Shown here: positions 12,501 through 20,758 of the stretch, piece by piece
Layout: each line of letters starts with the position of its first letter
Position numbering within the stretch: the first letter of the stretch is position 1
Assembly: GCF_000142905.1 (NCBI RefSeq)
Contig: NW_013657671.1
Coordinates: forward strand, 248,001 to 312,000
Direction of reading: 5' to 3'
Source of the DNA: Thecamonas trahens ATCC 50062
Lineage: Eukaryota; Protista; Apusomonadida
DNA: 64,000 nucleotides
Program-made: the position numbers and the translations under genes
The notes under the pieces: generated by a model
Databases searched by the model: none
What the model was told of the DNA's origin: nothing
Seen by the model: only the letters and a program-made list of their open reading frames with translations

Positions 12501-13271
12501 CCAAGACAACGCTGCCGTTACGGTCCGGACCAACGGCGCAAAGCAGTACTCGCGGAGCATGTGCGAGACAGCCTCGTCGAGGTGGGCGATCTTGGGCAGG
12601 AACCAGGCGCGAATGACGTCGGTGTGGATGACCGGCGGCGGGTCGGCAATCAGGCGCGGGTACCAAATCTCGCGCCACAATTGGTCAGCAGAGCGGACTT
12701 GGAGCTCGTGCGAGACCATTGTGAGGCCGGGGCCAAACCCAGCCGAGGCGGTGATGCGAAAGGAGGAGCAGAGCGCACTGAGCGGGAGCGGTCGGTCGAT
12801 GGAAGCACAAGCAGGAAAGCGGGCCAATGCTACCGGATCGTTGCGGCGCGAAATCGTGATGTTGTCCACCTCGTCTGCATCTGCTACGCTGTAAGCTGCA
12901 TCTAGCGCAGCAGTTAGCTCAGCCTGAGCCGTCTCCGGCAGGTCGGCCAGCCGGTGTGGAGGCAGCAGCAGGAGCGAGCGGATGGCGACGTGGATGTGGT
13001 CCGGCGGATCGACAAGATACGCCGTCGACGCCAACGACGCATGGATGGCGTCAAGCGGGTAGACATCTGGAAGTTCAGTGATTGTGGCAGTGATGAACTT
13101 GAACAAGTAGCTGCCAGAGCCAAGCTTGACACCCGCGTCGGCCGAGCTCCCTACGAAGACAGGCGCTGCTGAGGCCGGCTTCCACAGCGCAGCGAGGAGA
13201 AGCAAAGAGGCCAGGTGGACGAGCACCACCAGCCTGGAGCGCGTACTCCGGCACATGCCCCTTCTGGGCAT
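9570..13271 (-). CDS. Polytopic membrane protein with C-terminal HECT E3 ubiquitin ligase domain
   Basis: N-terminal signal peptide and many hydrophobic segments. HECT motifs ITIRRENF, EAGSDDGGLTKEWL, WFWDAV, LLLAVTG, LPTASVCTNKIRLPRSY (catalytic Cys) and terminal GF. Confidence 0.88.
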   Translation of the reverse strand: MPRRGMCRSTRSRLVVLVHLASLLLLAALWKPASAAPVFVGSSADAGVKLGSGSYLFKFITATITELPDVYPLDAIHASLASTAYLVDPPDHIHVAIRSLLLLPPHRLADLPETAQAELTAALDAAYSVADADEVDNITISRRNDPVALARFPACASIDRPLPLSALCSSFRITASAGFGPGLTMVSHELQVRSADQLWREIWYPRLIADPPPVIHTDVIRAWFLPKIAHLDEAVSHMLREYCFAPLVRTVTAALSWVWQAAKTALVYALHGAGLNLVTDMLRAVRSGAVHATSSLASSLGTNLDAISAFLFHASPRDLAGAAAVHRGAHAADALLRRHVLDSATATALAIPLTRGMAAPQPFSIDVSCSAPTHLALALDAIAPSGNLAIAQHTIRLSAASELMLPVALVAWLLAWAGALVAPNMWLGTLSPRRVLAVVGALVAWQGLEAAATVAPLASVVYRLLALVGNLIVFGTLGFGWASWLGRAVRASPGAVAALFAFSLGAYSDAAPTVGRVVARPLLASFWTFCCVLVPRRHARPVAARLLCVLSLVYRGRAALPLPTVIGVDIVERVLRISSLDRGIMVGAAVGTLLSSMPAEARGPAAGLGLLFGAASCLLLRRLRVFAAGAVSAGLALAFWTMLGRLDRAAIGLGLPAVVALGLGTTTLWTSLQSLAPLLEALPRAWWSPFAELGNALEQLGPRYDETFGLACILGVMYTLLSGAAYYWLSQTGASAAVMWALPVAIGGSTAISTVLAYVLPGPSSLTAYYGWEAPHDPVLGLGLGLVLEHIVLGSVAWISTAPMRGPLFVAAHFTAAAIYAVVLLLVIFHIATFVPSSWLRLHELHMRLRQQTPPGTLRITIRRENFVRDTLLANVAADPADALMNTRVTFISAGVVEAGSDDGGLTKEWLSLFGKALIGVASHPSIAPIEPVILVPAIRSGDADAVVYSLSNQIETYEADIAGRMLVRLLAARISLGYEISPALTRAMLRQPIVAADLAVIDPDLYAAKRAFKAQVDTAAKELDIELRFVFEYHARESGELVVVPLRKPTGELCDPEEVVNSTNYDEYMDAFATTYLTAGIEEHLAAFARGVHTAVPSRALRAAFGSDERALAHTLYGQVELDVAEWQAASVDDIGDPHWTWFWDAVVQLSAERRLQLLLAVTGCVLPPAGGLANLNPPMAVCVAFNASNGALPTASVCTNKIRLPRSYASAEETASKLNQFLDQPVGFGRA

Positions 13272-13671
13272 ACTCTACGGTACTCGGAAGTAAGAGAAGT
13301 GCATGCGCTTGGGCTGGCTTGAGAGTGGGCCACGTCGGTGATGTGGCCGACGCGTGGCCTCGATCGAACAGTGGCGACGCCACCGGCTTCGAGACGAGAT
13401 GGAGAGCCGAACGCGGTGTAGCGAGCTGATGTGATCATGAGAACCTGCGTTACACATCACGGCAATTGAAGGGTGTACAGCCCCGATCAGCTCGTTGCGC
13501 GAGCTTGGGTCCACCAGCATGTAGTTTGGGCTGCCCCGACCCGTCCTTGACTCCCAGGGCACCGAGAGCTGCCGCCGCCAGCAAGCGTCTTCCGTCCTTG
13601 CCGCCGTCGTCTGGCTAGACAGACAGCACTCCACGCAGTCACCCGGAGGCTCATCCCCACCGTGACCTGCT

Positions 13672-14571
13672 ATGGGATGCGGGGCGTCACGAGGGAGCAA
13701 GCGAGGGAGCAAGCGAGGAGCGGTGGACGACGGTGGGGACGAGATGGAGCCTGTAGTCATGCCCATGGCCGCCTTTGAACGGCGCCAGTCAGCGGTCGAC
13801 TCGGAGACTTCGTGGCTCTCATCGCACTCATCGTACTCGAATGTGGTCGAGGGCGATGCTGTGGCGGATGATTTAGAAGGGATGGTGGGAGGTGGCAGGA
13901 GGAGGAGTAGGCGGCGGTCGGCAGGTCGTGGCCGGAGCTCGAGTTCGAGCTCGAGCTCGGGTTCAAGCTCAAGCGCAAGCTCGAGGAGCTCGTCATCGTC
14001 GGACGTAACAGCGCGCCAGCGCGGGAGTGGGGAAGGCTCTGACTCGGGCGACTCGTCGGTGTTTTCCGTGGGGGATGACTTTCTACCGGGGATGATGTCG
14101 GACGGCGACGCGGCGCGGATTCTTCAGCGGCACGTCCGCGGGTATCTGACGCGAACGCTGAACGCTAGCGCAACTGCTGCGCTGGTAGATGCGGTGCCTT
14201 CGAGTCTGCAGGTGACGCAGCCGTCGTATGCGTTCCGGCCGAGCTTGGAGCCGGGGCCCGTCTCATCAAAGCTCCTCATCCCTGCATACCCGCACGGGCT
14301 GGGCGGGGGGATGCAGGGCTCGGATCCCGCAGTGCTGCGGCTGAACACGTCGGGCGGGAACCTGATCACGGCGGCGTCACTGGCGGCGCTGTCGGCGCAG
14401 CCTGCAGCGGCCGACGACCCGCTGGCGCGGCGCAAGTCGCGAATCTATGGCACACTCTCGGGGCGCGGGACCAATTCGATGTCGGGCTCGTCGCACATGG
14501 GCTTTCTCTCGCTGGCGGGGAGCGGCAAGGACAAGCGGCGCAAGTCTGCGCAGCCGCGGCCGCAGTACTGA
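13672..14571 (+). CDS. Dually acylated (MGCGAS) Ser-rich protein with one IQ motif
   Basis: MGCxxS myristoylation/palmitoylation signature and IQ-like AARILQRHVRGYLTR. Confidence 0.6.
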   Translation: MGCGASRGSKRGSKRGAVDDGGDEMEPVVMPMAAFERRQSAVDSETSWLSSHSSYSNVVEGDAVADDLEGMVGGGRRRSRRRSAGRGRSSSSSSSSGSSSSASSRSSSSSDVTARQRGSGEGSDSGDSSVFSVGDDFLPGMMSDGDAARILQRHVRGYLTRTLNASATAALVDAVPSSLQVTQPSYAFRPSLEPGPVSSKLLIPAYPHGLGGGMQGSDPAVLRLNTSGGNLITAASLAALSAQPAAADDPLARRKSRIYGTLSGRGTNSMSGSSHMGFLSLAGSGKDKRRKSAQPRPQY

Positions 14572-14595
14572 GACCTTGCGGCAGTGGCGTGTATG

Positions 14596-15615
14596 TTAGT
14601 AGAAGGTAGTGAGGACGCGGTGGTGCGGACCGATGCTCTCACGATGAGCCTCGCCCTCCTCCCACAGCCACCAATCGAGCTGAACGGTGGTCCAGCTCGC
14701 GTGCAGGAGCTTGCGCAGCTGGTTGACGGCGACAATGGTGGCTGCGCGGATCTCGACCTCGTGGACCGAGCCGACGGGCAGGACCGCGAGCGAGTCGACA
14801 AGAGCAGCGAGCTCGGGCGAGTAGACCAGAATCCCGAGGTGGCGCAGGAGCTGTGGGATGCGGTAGTCGGCAAACATAGTGAGCTGGTCGATGTCGCGGA
14901 AGGCGCCGAGGCCCTCGCCGCCAAACGCGCCCCACACGTCGCCAACAAAGATCTGTGCCCGCTTGTAGAAGAAGACCTGGTCGCCGTCAAAAGTGGTCTC
15001 GTCGCGGAAGCCCGGGAAGAAGGCGACCATGCGGGCCACGAGCTCGACAGCCGAGCCGCCGGCCGAGGCGATGAGCTTGGCGGCCGAGCCGTCAAAGTGG
15101 GCGGCGAGGACCCGCCCGACCTCGTTGAGGAGGCGGACCCGCTGGGCGCAGCGCGGCGGCGGCGAGCCGCCGAACCATTGGGTGAGGTCAGCTTCAGTGA
15201 GAGCAGCCAGCGCGTCGGCGCTCAGGCCGGCCATGCCGCTCTCCACAGCGACGGTCTTGATGGAGCCCGCCAGGCGATCGTACTCCCACCCGGGCTCGTC
15301 GGCCGGCCAGAAGCAAAAGTTGAGGGCATCGAGGACGAGGACATACTGCGCTGTCAGCTCAGGCGCGTCCAGGTCGCGAAAGTGGTACTCGTCAGCCTCC
15401 CACATGGGCAGCACCGGGCCATCAGGCTTGGTCTTGTAGTACGGCGCCGTGCCGGCGTCTGCCGGATACGCCTCATTGAGCCGGTCTGCCAACGCAGCCA
15501 GCGGGCCGTCGGCAATGGCCACATGCTCGGCCTTGGCCATGACGCGCTGTGCCGACGCTGTCACACTCGCCACCGACTGTGCTCCTGCGTCAAACGACCT
15601 CGTCTCCTCTGCCAT
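14596..15615 (-). CDS. QNG1: Queuosine salvage protein (queuosine 5'-phosphate N-glycosylase, DUF2419)
   Basis: Family motifs DALNFCFW, FPGFRD, FYKRAQIFVGDVW, TMFADYRIPQ, EVEIRA, LDWWLW, HHRVLTTFY. Confidence 0.92.
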   Translation of the reverse strand: MAEETRSFDAGAQSVASVTASAQRVMAKAEHVAIADGPLAALADRLNEAYPADAGTAPYYKTKPDGPVLPMWEADEYHFRDLDAPELTAQYVLVLDALNFCFWPADEPGWEYDRLAGSIKTVAVESGMAGLSADALAALTEADLTQWFGGSPPPRCAQRVRLLNEVGRVLAAHFDGSAAKLIASAGGSAVELVARMVAFFPGFRDETTFDGDQVFFYKRAQIFVGDVWGAFGGEGLGAFRDIDQLTMFADYRIPQLLRHLGILVYSPELAALVDSLAVLPVGSVHEVEIRAATIVAVNQLRKLLHASWTTVQLDWWLWEEGEAHRESIGPHHRVLTTFY

Positions 15616-16012
15616 GTTGGTCTGGGGAGGGGTGTGTGGTGGGACGAGTTCGGAATCGGATCGGAACAGTGGCAGGGGCAAGGGCGAGGGCTGGGGCAAG
15701 GGCTAGCGGAGGTGGGGGGGGGGGGTGGAGGGGGGGAGGGGGAGGGGCACGGGTAAGACTGGGACTGGGATCGGATTTGCAGAAGGGGAGCGAGGGAGGG
15801 GGAGGATCGGGAGGATATGGTCGGATAAGGGCGCGTGGTTGGGAAGGCTTCATGACCTCTGCCAGGCCTGCCCACGGCCAAACCTCTGACCGCTTCCATT
15901 CGCCGCCTGGGTTGGGGGGGGGGGGGGGGGGGGGCAAGACCAACACCTGACCATCAACCCATCACCGTCACCGCCACACCCGCACCCACGGCCGCGGCTG
16001 AGGATACATTCC

Positions 16013-17857
16013 ATGGGCGGGAAGGGGAGCAAGAGCAAGCCTGAGGTCGACATGGCCCTGGCGGCCGACTTGCTCGTCGCCGCCTGCGCCGACGACTCGG
16101 CCGACGAGCTCGTTGGCTACCTGGAGACGGTCAATGCCACGCCGTTTGTCAAGGCGACAGCAGTGGTTGAGCTGGCGGGTCGTGGATCCGACAACTTTGG
16201 ATCGGGATCGGCGCTGGCGTTTGCGGTCGCTGCCGGTGCTGCTGACGTCGTTGCAGCACTCATCGACGCCGGTGCCCCGCCGACAGCCTACCTCCCGTCG
16301 GGCACTCCGCTCATCTTTGTGGCCTGGGAGGCAGGCGCGTACTCGCTGGCGCATGCTATGCTAGAGGCCGCGACCAAAGGCGATGGAAAGTCACTCAAGT
16401 ATCTCAAGGACGGCGAGCAGCGATCGCTGTTACACCGAATGGTGGCGTCGGACGCGGTGCTCGACGGCGTCACCGCTCCGCCGCTCGCAAGTTGGCTGGC
16501 GTTGATGGTGGCTGGCGGAGCTGTGCTTTCCGACAAGGACAAGGACGGCGCGTCGGCTGTCTTTGCTGCCGTTGCCTCACAGTGGCGGTATGCCGATGAG
16601 CTGCTGGCGTTTGTGGCGAGCCATCGCGAGGCGTGCTCAACCATTGTCGAGGGCGGCGACGTGGCCAACGCATCTGGTGACTCGCGTGGCACCTCGCTGC
16701 TTCATGCCGCCGTCAGCTCTGGCTCGCTCAGTCTGGTCCAGGCTGTCCTCCAGCTCAAGCCAGCCCTCGATGCGGCGCGCTGCGATGGAGTCACCCCGCT
16801 GGCGATGGCGGTCTCGTCAGGGGCGGCCGACATGGTGAACCTGCTGCTGGCGGCTGTTGCCGAGCGGCCCGAGGCTGATCTTGCTCTTGGCATGCGAACT
16901 GCAGCCGGCGAGTCACTTCTCACTCTTTGCGGTGACAACGCGGCGCTGCGAGCAACGGTTGCCGGCGCAATGACAGCTGCGCAGCTGGCGCGCGTCGAAG
17001 CCGACGATGCTATGCACAGAGCCGCCGGCTGCACCCCCGACACTGCGCTGCGAATCCAGCTCATCTCCGACGTCCACACCGAGTTCTTTGATGAGTGGCG
17101 CGAGCTTCTGATTCCGGCCGCACCGGTCCTGGCACTGCTCGGCGACATCGGGCTTGTGTACCAGGACAAGTACCGTGAGTTTGTGTTGGAGCAGACGACT
17201 CGGTTCGAGCACGTCATTCTCCTTGCTGGCAACCACGAGTACTACGCCGACAAGACCGGGGCATGTCCAAAGCAAAGTGTGTCGCAGATCCTGGCAAGCA
17301 TGACCGCGCTCGCGGGCGAGGCTGACAATCTGCACTTTCTGGACAACGCGGTGCTTGATCTAGGGGTTTTCCGCATTGCAGGCACCACGCTTTGGGGGTG
17401 CGTCCCGGACGCTGACATCGACGCGGTGCAAATGCGGATGAACGACTACCGGCGGATCTGGATCAGCGATGAGGCGCGACTGACGGTGCGCGAGACGAAC
17501 GAGTGGCACGCCACCGCCGTCGCGTTTGTGGCTGCCGAGGCAGCCGCCGCCGCCGCCGCGGACCAGACGCTTGTGGTTCTTAGCCACCACGCGCCAACCA
17601 TTGCCGCCGGCTACTCCAACATCGACTTTTACGGCTCGAACCTGACGGGTGCGATGGGCTCGGACCAGAGCGAACTGCTGCAGCACGATGCTCTCTCGCT
17701 CTGGGCATACGGCCATCTCCACTGGTTCTACGACCGGGTTGACAGCTCGGGCACCCGGATTGTCTCGCATCCCAAGGGCTACCCTCACGACAAGCTCGAG
17801 TGGGCCCGCGATGGCCTGGTGGTGACTGTGGAACACAGGATCGGCGTGAGCGCATGA
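16013..17857 (+). CDS. Myristoylated ankyrin-repeat + calcineurin-like metallophosphoesterase fusion
   Basis: MGGKGS N-terminus. Ankyrin repeats GTSLLHAAV, GVTPLAMAV. All five MPE motifs are present: SDVH, GDIG, GNHE, HHAP, GHLH. Confidence 0.85.
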   Translation: MGGKGSKSKPEVDMALAADLLVAACADDSADELVGYLETVNATPFVKATAVVELAGRGSDNFGSGSALAFAVAAGAADVVAALIDAGAPPTAYLPSGTPLIFVAWEAGAYSLAHAMLEAATKGDGKSLKYLKDGEQRSLLHRMVASDAVLDGVTAPPLASWLALMVAGGAVLSDKDKDGASAVFAAVASQWRYADELLAFVASHREACSTIVEGGDVANASGDSRGTSLLHAAVSSGSLSLVQAVLQLKPALDAARCDGVTPLAMAVSSGAADMVNLLLAAVAERPEADLALGMRTAAGESLLTLCGDNAALRATVAGAMTAAQLARVEADDAMHRAAGCTPDTALRIQLISDVHTEFFDEWRELLIPAAPVLALLGDIGLVYQDKYREFVLEQTTRFEHVILLAGNHEYYADKTGACPKQSVSQILASMTALAGEADNLHFLDNAVLDLGVFRIAGTTLWGCVPDADIDAVQMRMNDYRRIWISDEARLTVRETNEWHATAVAFVAAEAAAAAAADQTLVVLSHHAPTIAAGYSNIDFYGSNLTGAMGSDQSELLQHDALSLWAYGHLHWFYDRVDSSGTRIVSHPKGYPHDKLEWARDGLVVTVEHRIGVSA

Positions 17858-18058
17858 CGTGATTCGAGCGGAAAATGGAAGCCGCGCCGTGGAACAACCT
17901 TTCGGCAGTTTGCCACAAAACGGCGGTCTGCACGGGCGCAGCTTCCAAGCCAGGCATCCAAGCACAAGACACGCACACATTCCCGCACACACACACACAC
18001 CGGGCACGGATCAAGACTGACCTTGACTGTTCTCAACTCTCTTCAGATTTCACCGACC

Positions 18059-18696
18059 ATGGCAGCGACATCGATGCTTCCGCCGCGGGCGTACGACCTT
18101 CTCTACCGGTGCTCATCGTGGGCGACTCGGGCGTGGGCAAGTCCAACATGCTCCTGCGGTACACAGACAACGTGTTCTCAGAGCACTACATCTCGACCAT
18201 CGGCGTCGACTTTAAGTTCTCCAACATGGAGGCCCGTGGCAAGAAGGTCAAGCTGCAGATTTGGGACACGGCCGGGCAGGAGCGGTTCCGTTCGATCACG
18301 CGGACATTCTACCGCGGTGCCCACGGCGTCGTCCTTGTCTTTGACATCACCAACCGCGAGTCGTTTGAGGCCATCGAGAGCGTGTGGCTCAAGGAGGTCC
18401 AGGCGTATGCTGATCCGTACGCCACGCTGGTGCTTGTCGGCAACAAGGCCGACATGGAGGACGCGCGCGTGGTCGACGCCGCCGAGGCTTCGGCGTACGC
18501 CACGTCGCGTGGCATGACATACCTGGAGGCCTCGGCGCGCAACGACATCGGCATTGACGAGACCTTTACGTCGCTTGTTGATGGCCTTGTCGACAACCTG
18601 GCCATTCTTGGCGGCACAACCAAAAAGCCGCCCATCCGCCCCAAGGCCGAGACCGACGGCGATGCCGGCGGCCGTGGGCTCAAGTGCATGTGCTGA
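18059..18696 (+). CDS. Rab GTPase, Rab1/Ypt1-like (1-nt frameshift near 18107)
   Basis: GDSGVGKS, YISTIGVDF, WDTAGQERF, GNKAD, EASA and C-terminal CMC. The Rab1-like N-terminus MAATSMLPPRAYDLLYR is in the adjacent frame. Confidence 0.88.
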
Positions 18697-18818
18697 AAAT
18701 GAACAACTCCCCCCCTCCCCCCCCCTCGTCTCCATCCGAGCGGCTGCGCAGCCAGCCACAACGAGGTCCGCACCAGCGCTCGTGGTGCCCGCAAAGCCTT
18801 TAACTTGCCGACTCGCCA

Positions 18819-19831
18819 TCAGAAGCCAAAGTCGCCAAAGGCGTCGGGCATGCGCTCGACACAGTACTTACGGCGCGAGATGTAGATGATAGGCACACCA
18901 GGGATCTTGCGGATGCGTCGCTTGAGGTCGCGATCTTGGGTGGCAACGAGGTAGCACTTGTGGGCCATGACGCGGCGGACAAGGCAGTCGTCAGCGTACG
19001 TGCCCTTGTGGTCGCACACAAGACGCTTGAACCGGGGATCCTTGGCCAGCCGAAGCGCCACCCGGTACTTGGGGCCGAGCTTCTCGAGCTCTGCCATGAC
19101 GCAGTCGGTGATCATGGGCACCACCTTGGCATGCAGACAGTCCATCATGCCCTGGATGATGTCGAGCTTGGTGTGGACCGAGTGCGCGAGCATGTTGGTA
19201 TCCAGCAGAATCGAGTACGGCGGCTTGAGCTGCTGGTTGAACGAGAAGAACAGAGCAGACGACATCTTGGGCGCGTTCTTCACAAGCGGCGCTCCATCGT
19301 CACCCTTGCTCGCCTTGATCTTCTTCTCCAGCTTCTCCTGGTTCTTCTTCCTACTCATCACAGACTCCAACCATGTGAGCACCCGCCGCCAACCTCCCGA
19401 CCTCTCATCCCTCCCTGCCTCCCCCCCTCCCCCCCCTCCCACCTCTTCTGCTTGCCACCTACAGCCGTGCATCCCGCGGGCCAATACGCCGTTTGATGGT
19501 GGCGAGCTTGCCACGCCGCTTAGCCTTGGGCTGTGCATCCCCCCTCGCCGCAAGCCATGGTGAGTCATCTGCTCTCAAGGTACCAAGCCGTGCATGCTGT
19601 ACTCTATCCCAGCATCTTCCTCCTCATCTCCTCTCTCTGCACCACGACTGGATCTATCCTGCTCGCCCTCGTGCTTCCCCCTGCCTGTGGCCTCCTGCCA
19701 GGATGCTGGATGGAACGTTGCCATGCCAAGGGAGGGGGGGGGGGCCATCGATAGCTACAAGGGGGGGGGAGGGTAAGGGGAAGGAGTAATAGGAGAGGGT
19801 GTGGTGTCAGAGGAGATGGTGTACATACCAT
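18819..19831 (-). CDS. FCF1: rRNA-processing PIN-domain nuclease FCF1/UTP24; exons 19831-19829, 19530-19463, 19350-18819
   Basis: PPYSILLDTN, ITDCVMAELEKLG, CDHKGTYADDCLV, VATQDRDLKRRIRKIPGVP. The spliced N-terminus reads M-PKAKRRGKLATIKRRIGPRDARL. Confidence 0.93.
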
Positions 19832-20054
19832 GATGGGCAAGAGATGTGTGTGATTGGTAAGGTGGGAGGCGAAGGGTGGGAGGTTGTTGAGCAACAGAGA
19901 AGGAGCGGGTTCGGTGCGACTCGAGCGGTGGACGGCAGCAGCTGGCCGGCAGAGCACGACTGCAATCAGGCCATGAGTGAACGTGATCGGTGGTGAGCGG
20001 GGGAGAGGAGGGGTAGGGGGGCAGCGACTGATGGCGGAGAGCAGATCAGACTAA

Positions 20055-20652
20055 CTACTCGGCAAAGACCGGGAGCGATGTGATGTAGTCGTCCACGGCC
20101 TCGACAAAGGCCTCGTTGGTGATGACCTCGCCCTTCTCCACCAGCGGATTCTTGGCGACGTACGGGACGTAGACCTCTGCATACAGATGCTCCAGCGCTT
20201 CACTCTGGTTTGCCGCAGACGGATGGGTAAAGAGCGCAAAGCGGAGACCAGAAAGCGTGCCGAAGAAGTGGAGCTTGAACGCCGACGTTCGCAGGTACCG
20301 AAAGTCGCCCGAGCTGCAAGGAGGAGAAGGAGGAGGGGAGTGAGGGGGAGGAGAGGTGGGAGATATTGAGGGGGGGAGGAGGAGGGGAGGGGAGGAGAGA
20401 GGGAGAAGGGAGGTTGCTTGGAGGGGACGGGAAGGAGAGGGGGAGGCGCCGGAGCTGGCCACTGCGTCCGGTCATGACATACTCATCGGGAGATATCTGC
20501 TTCATGAACATCTTCATGGAGAAGAGGAGGCCATAGAGGAGCTTCTGTTCCTGCTCTGGGTCGTTGTGTGTCGGTGGTCTGCTGCGGCCCCAGTCGGTGT
20601 AGTACAGGCAGGTGCCCTTGCGGTCAAAGATGAAGAGGGTGTAGACGGGCAT
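20055..20652 (-). CDS. TRAPPC1: TRAPP complex subunit 1 (Bet5, sybindin-like longin); exons 20652-20483 and 20313-20055
   Basis: VYTLFIFDRKGTCLYYTDW, KLLYGLLFSMK, TSAFKLHFF..LSGLRF, YVPYVAKNPL. In-phase GTATGT...CAG intron. Confidence 0.9.
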
Positions 20653-20758
20653 GGCAAGCGAGACAGGTAGCCGAGACTGGCACAAGCTAGCGAATCAGCA
20701 CCACAAGCTGGCTGCGAGTTCAATGCTGGCACGCCATACAAACGTGGAGGAGGGTACA

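Noticed and set aside
14584-15756. 390-aa plus-strand ORF
   Set aside because: Antisense shadow of QNG1. GC-rich codon bias suppresses stops on the opposite strand.
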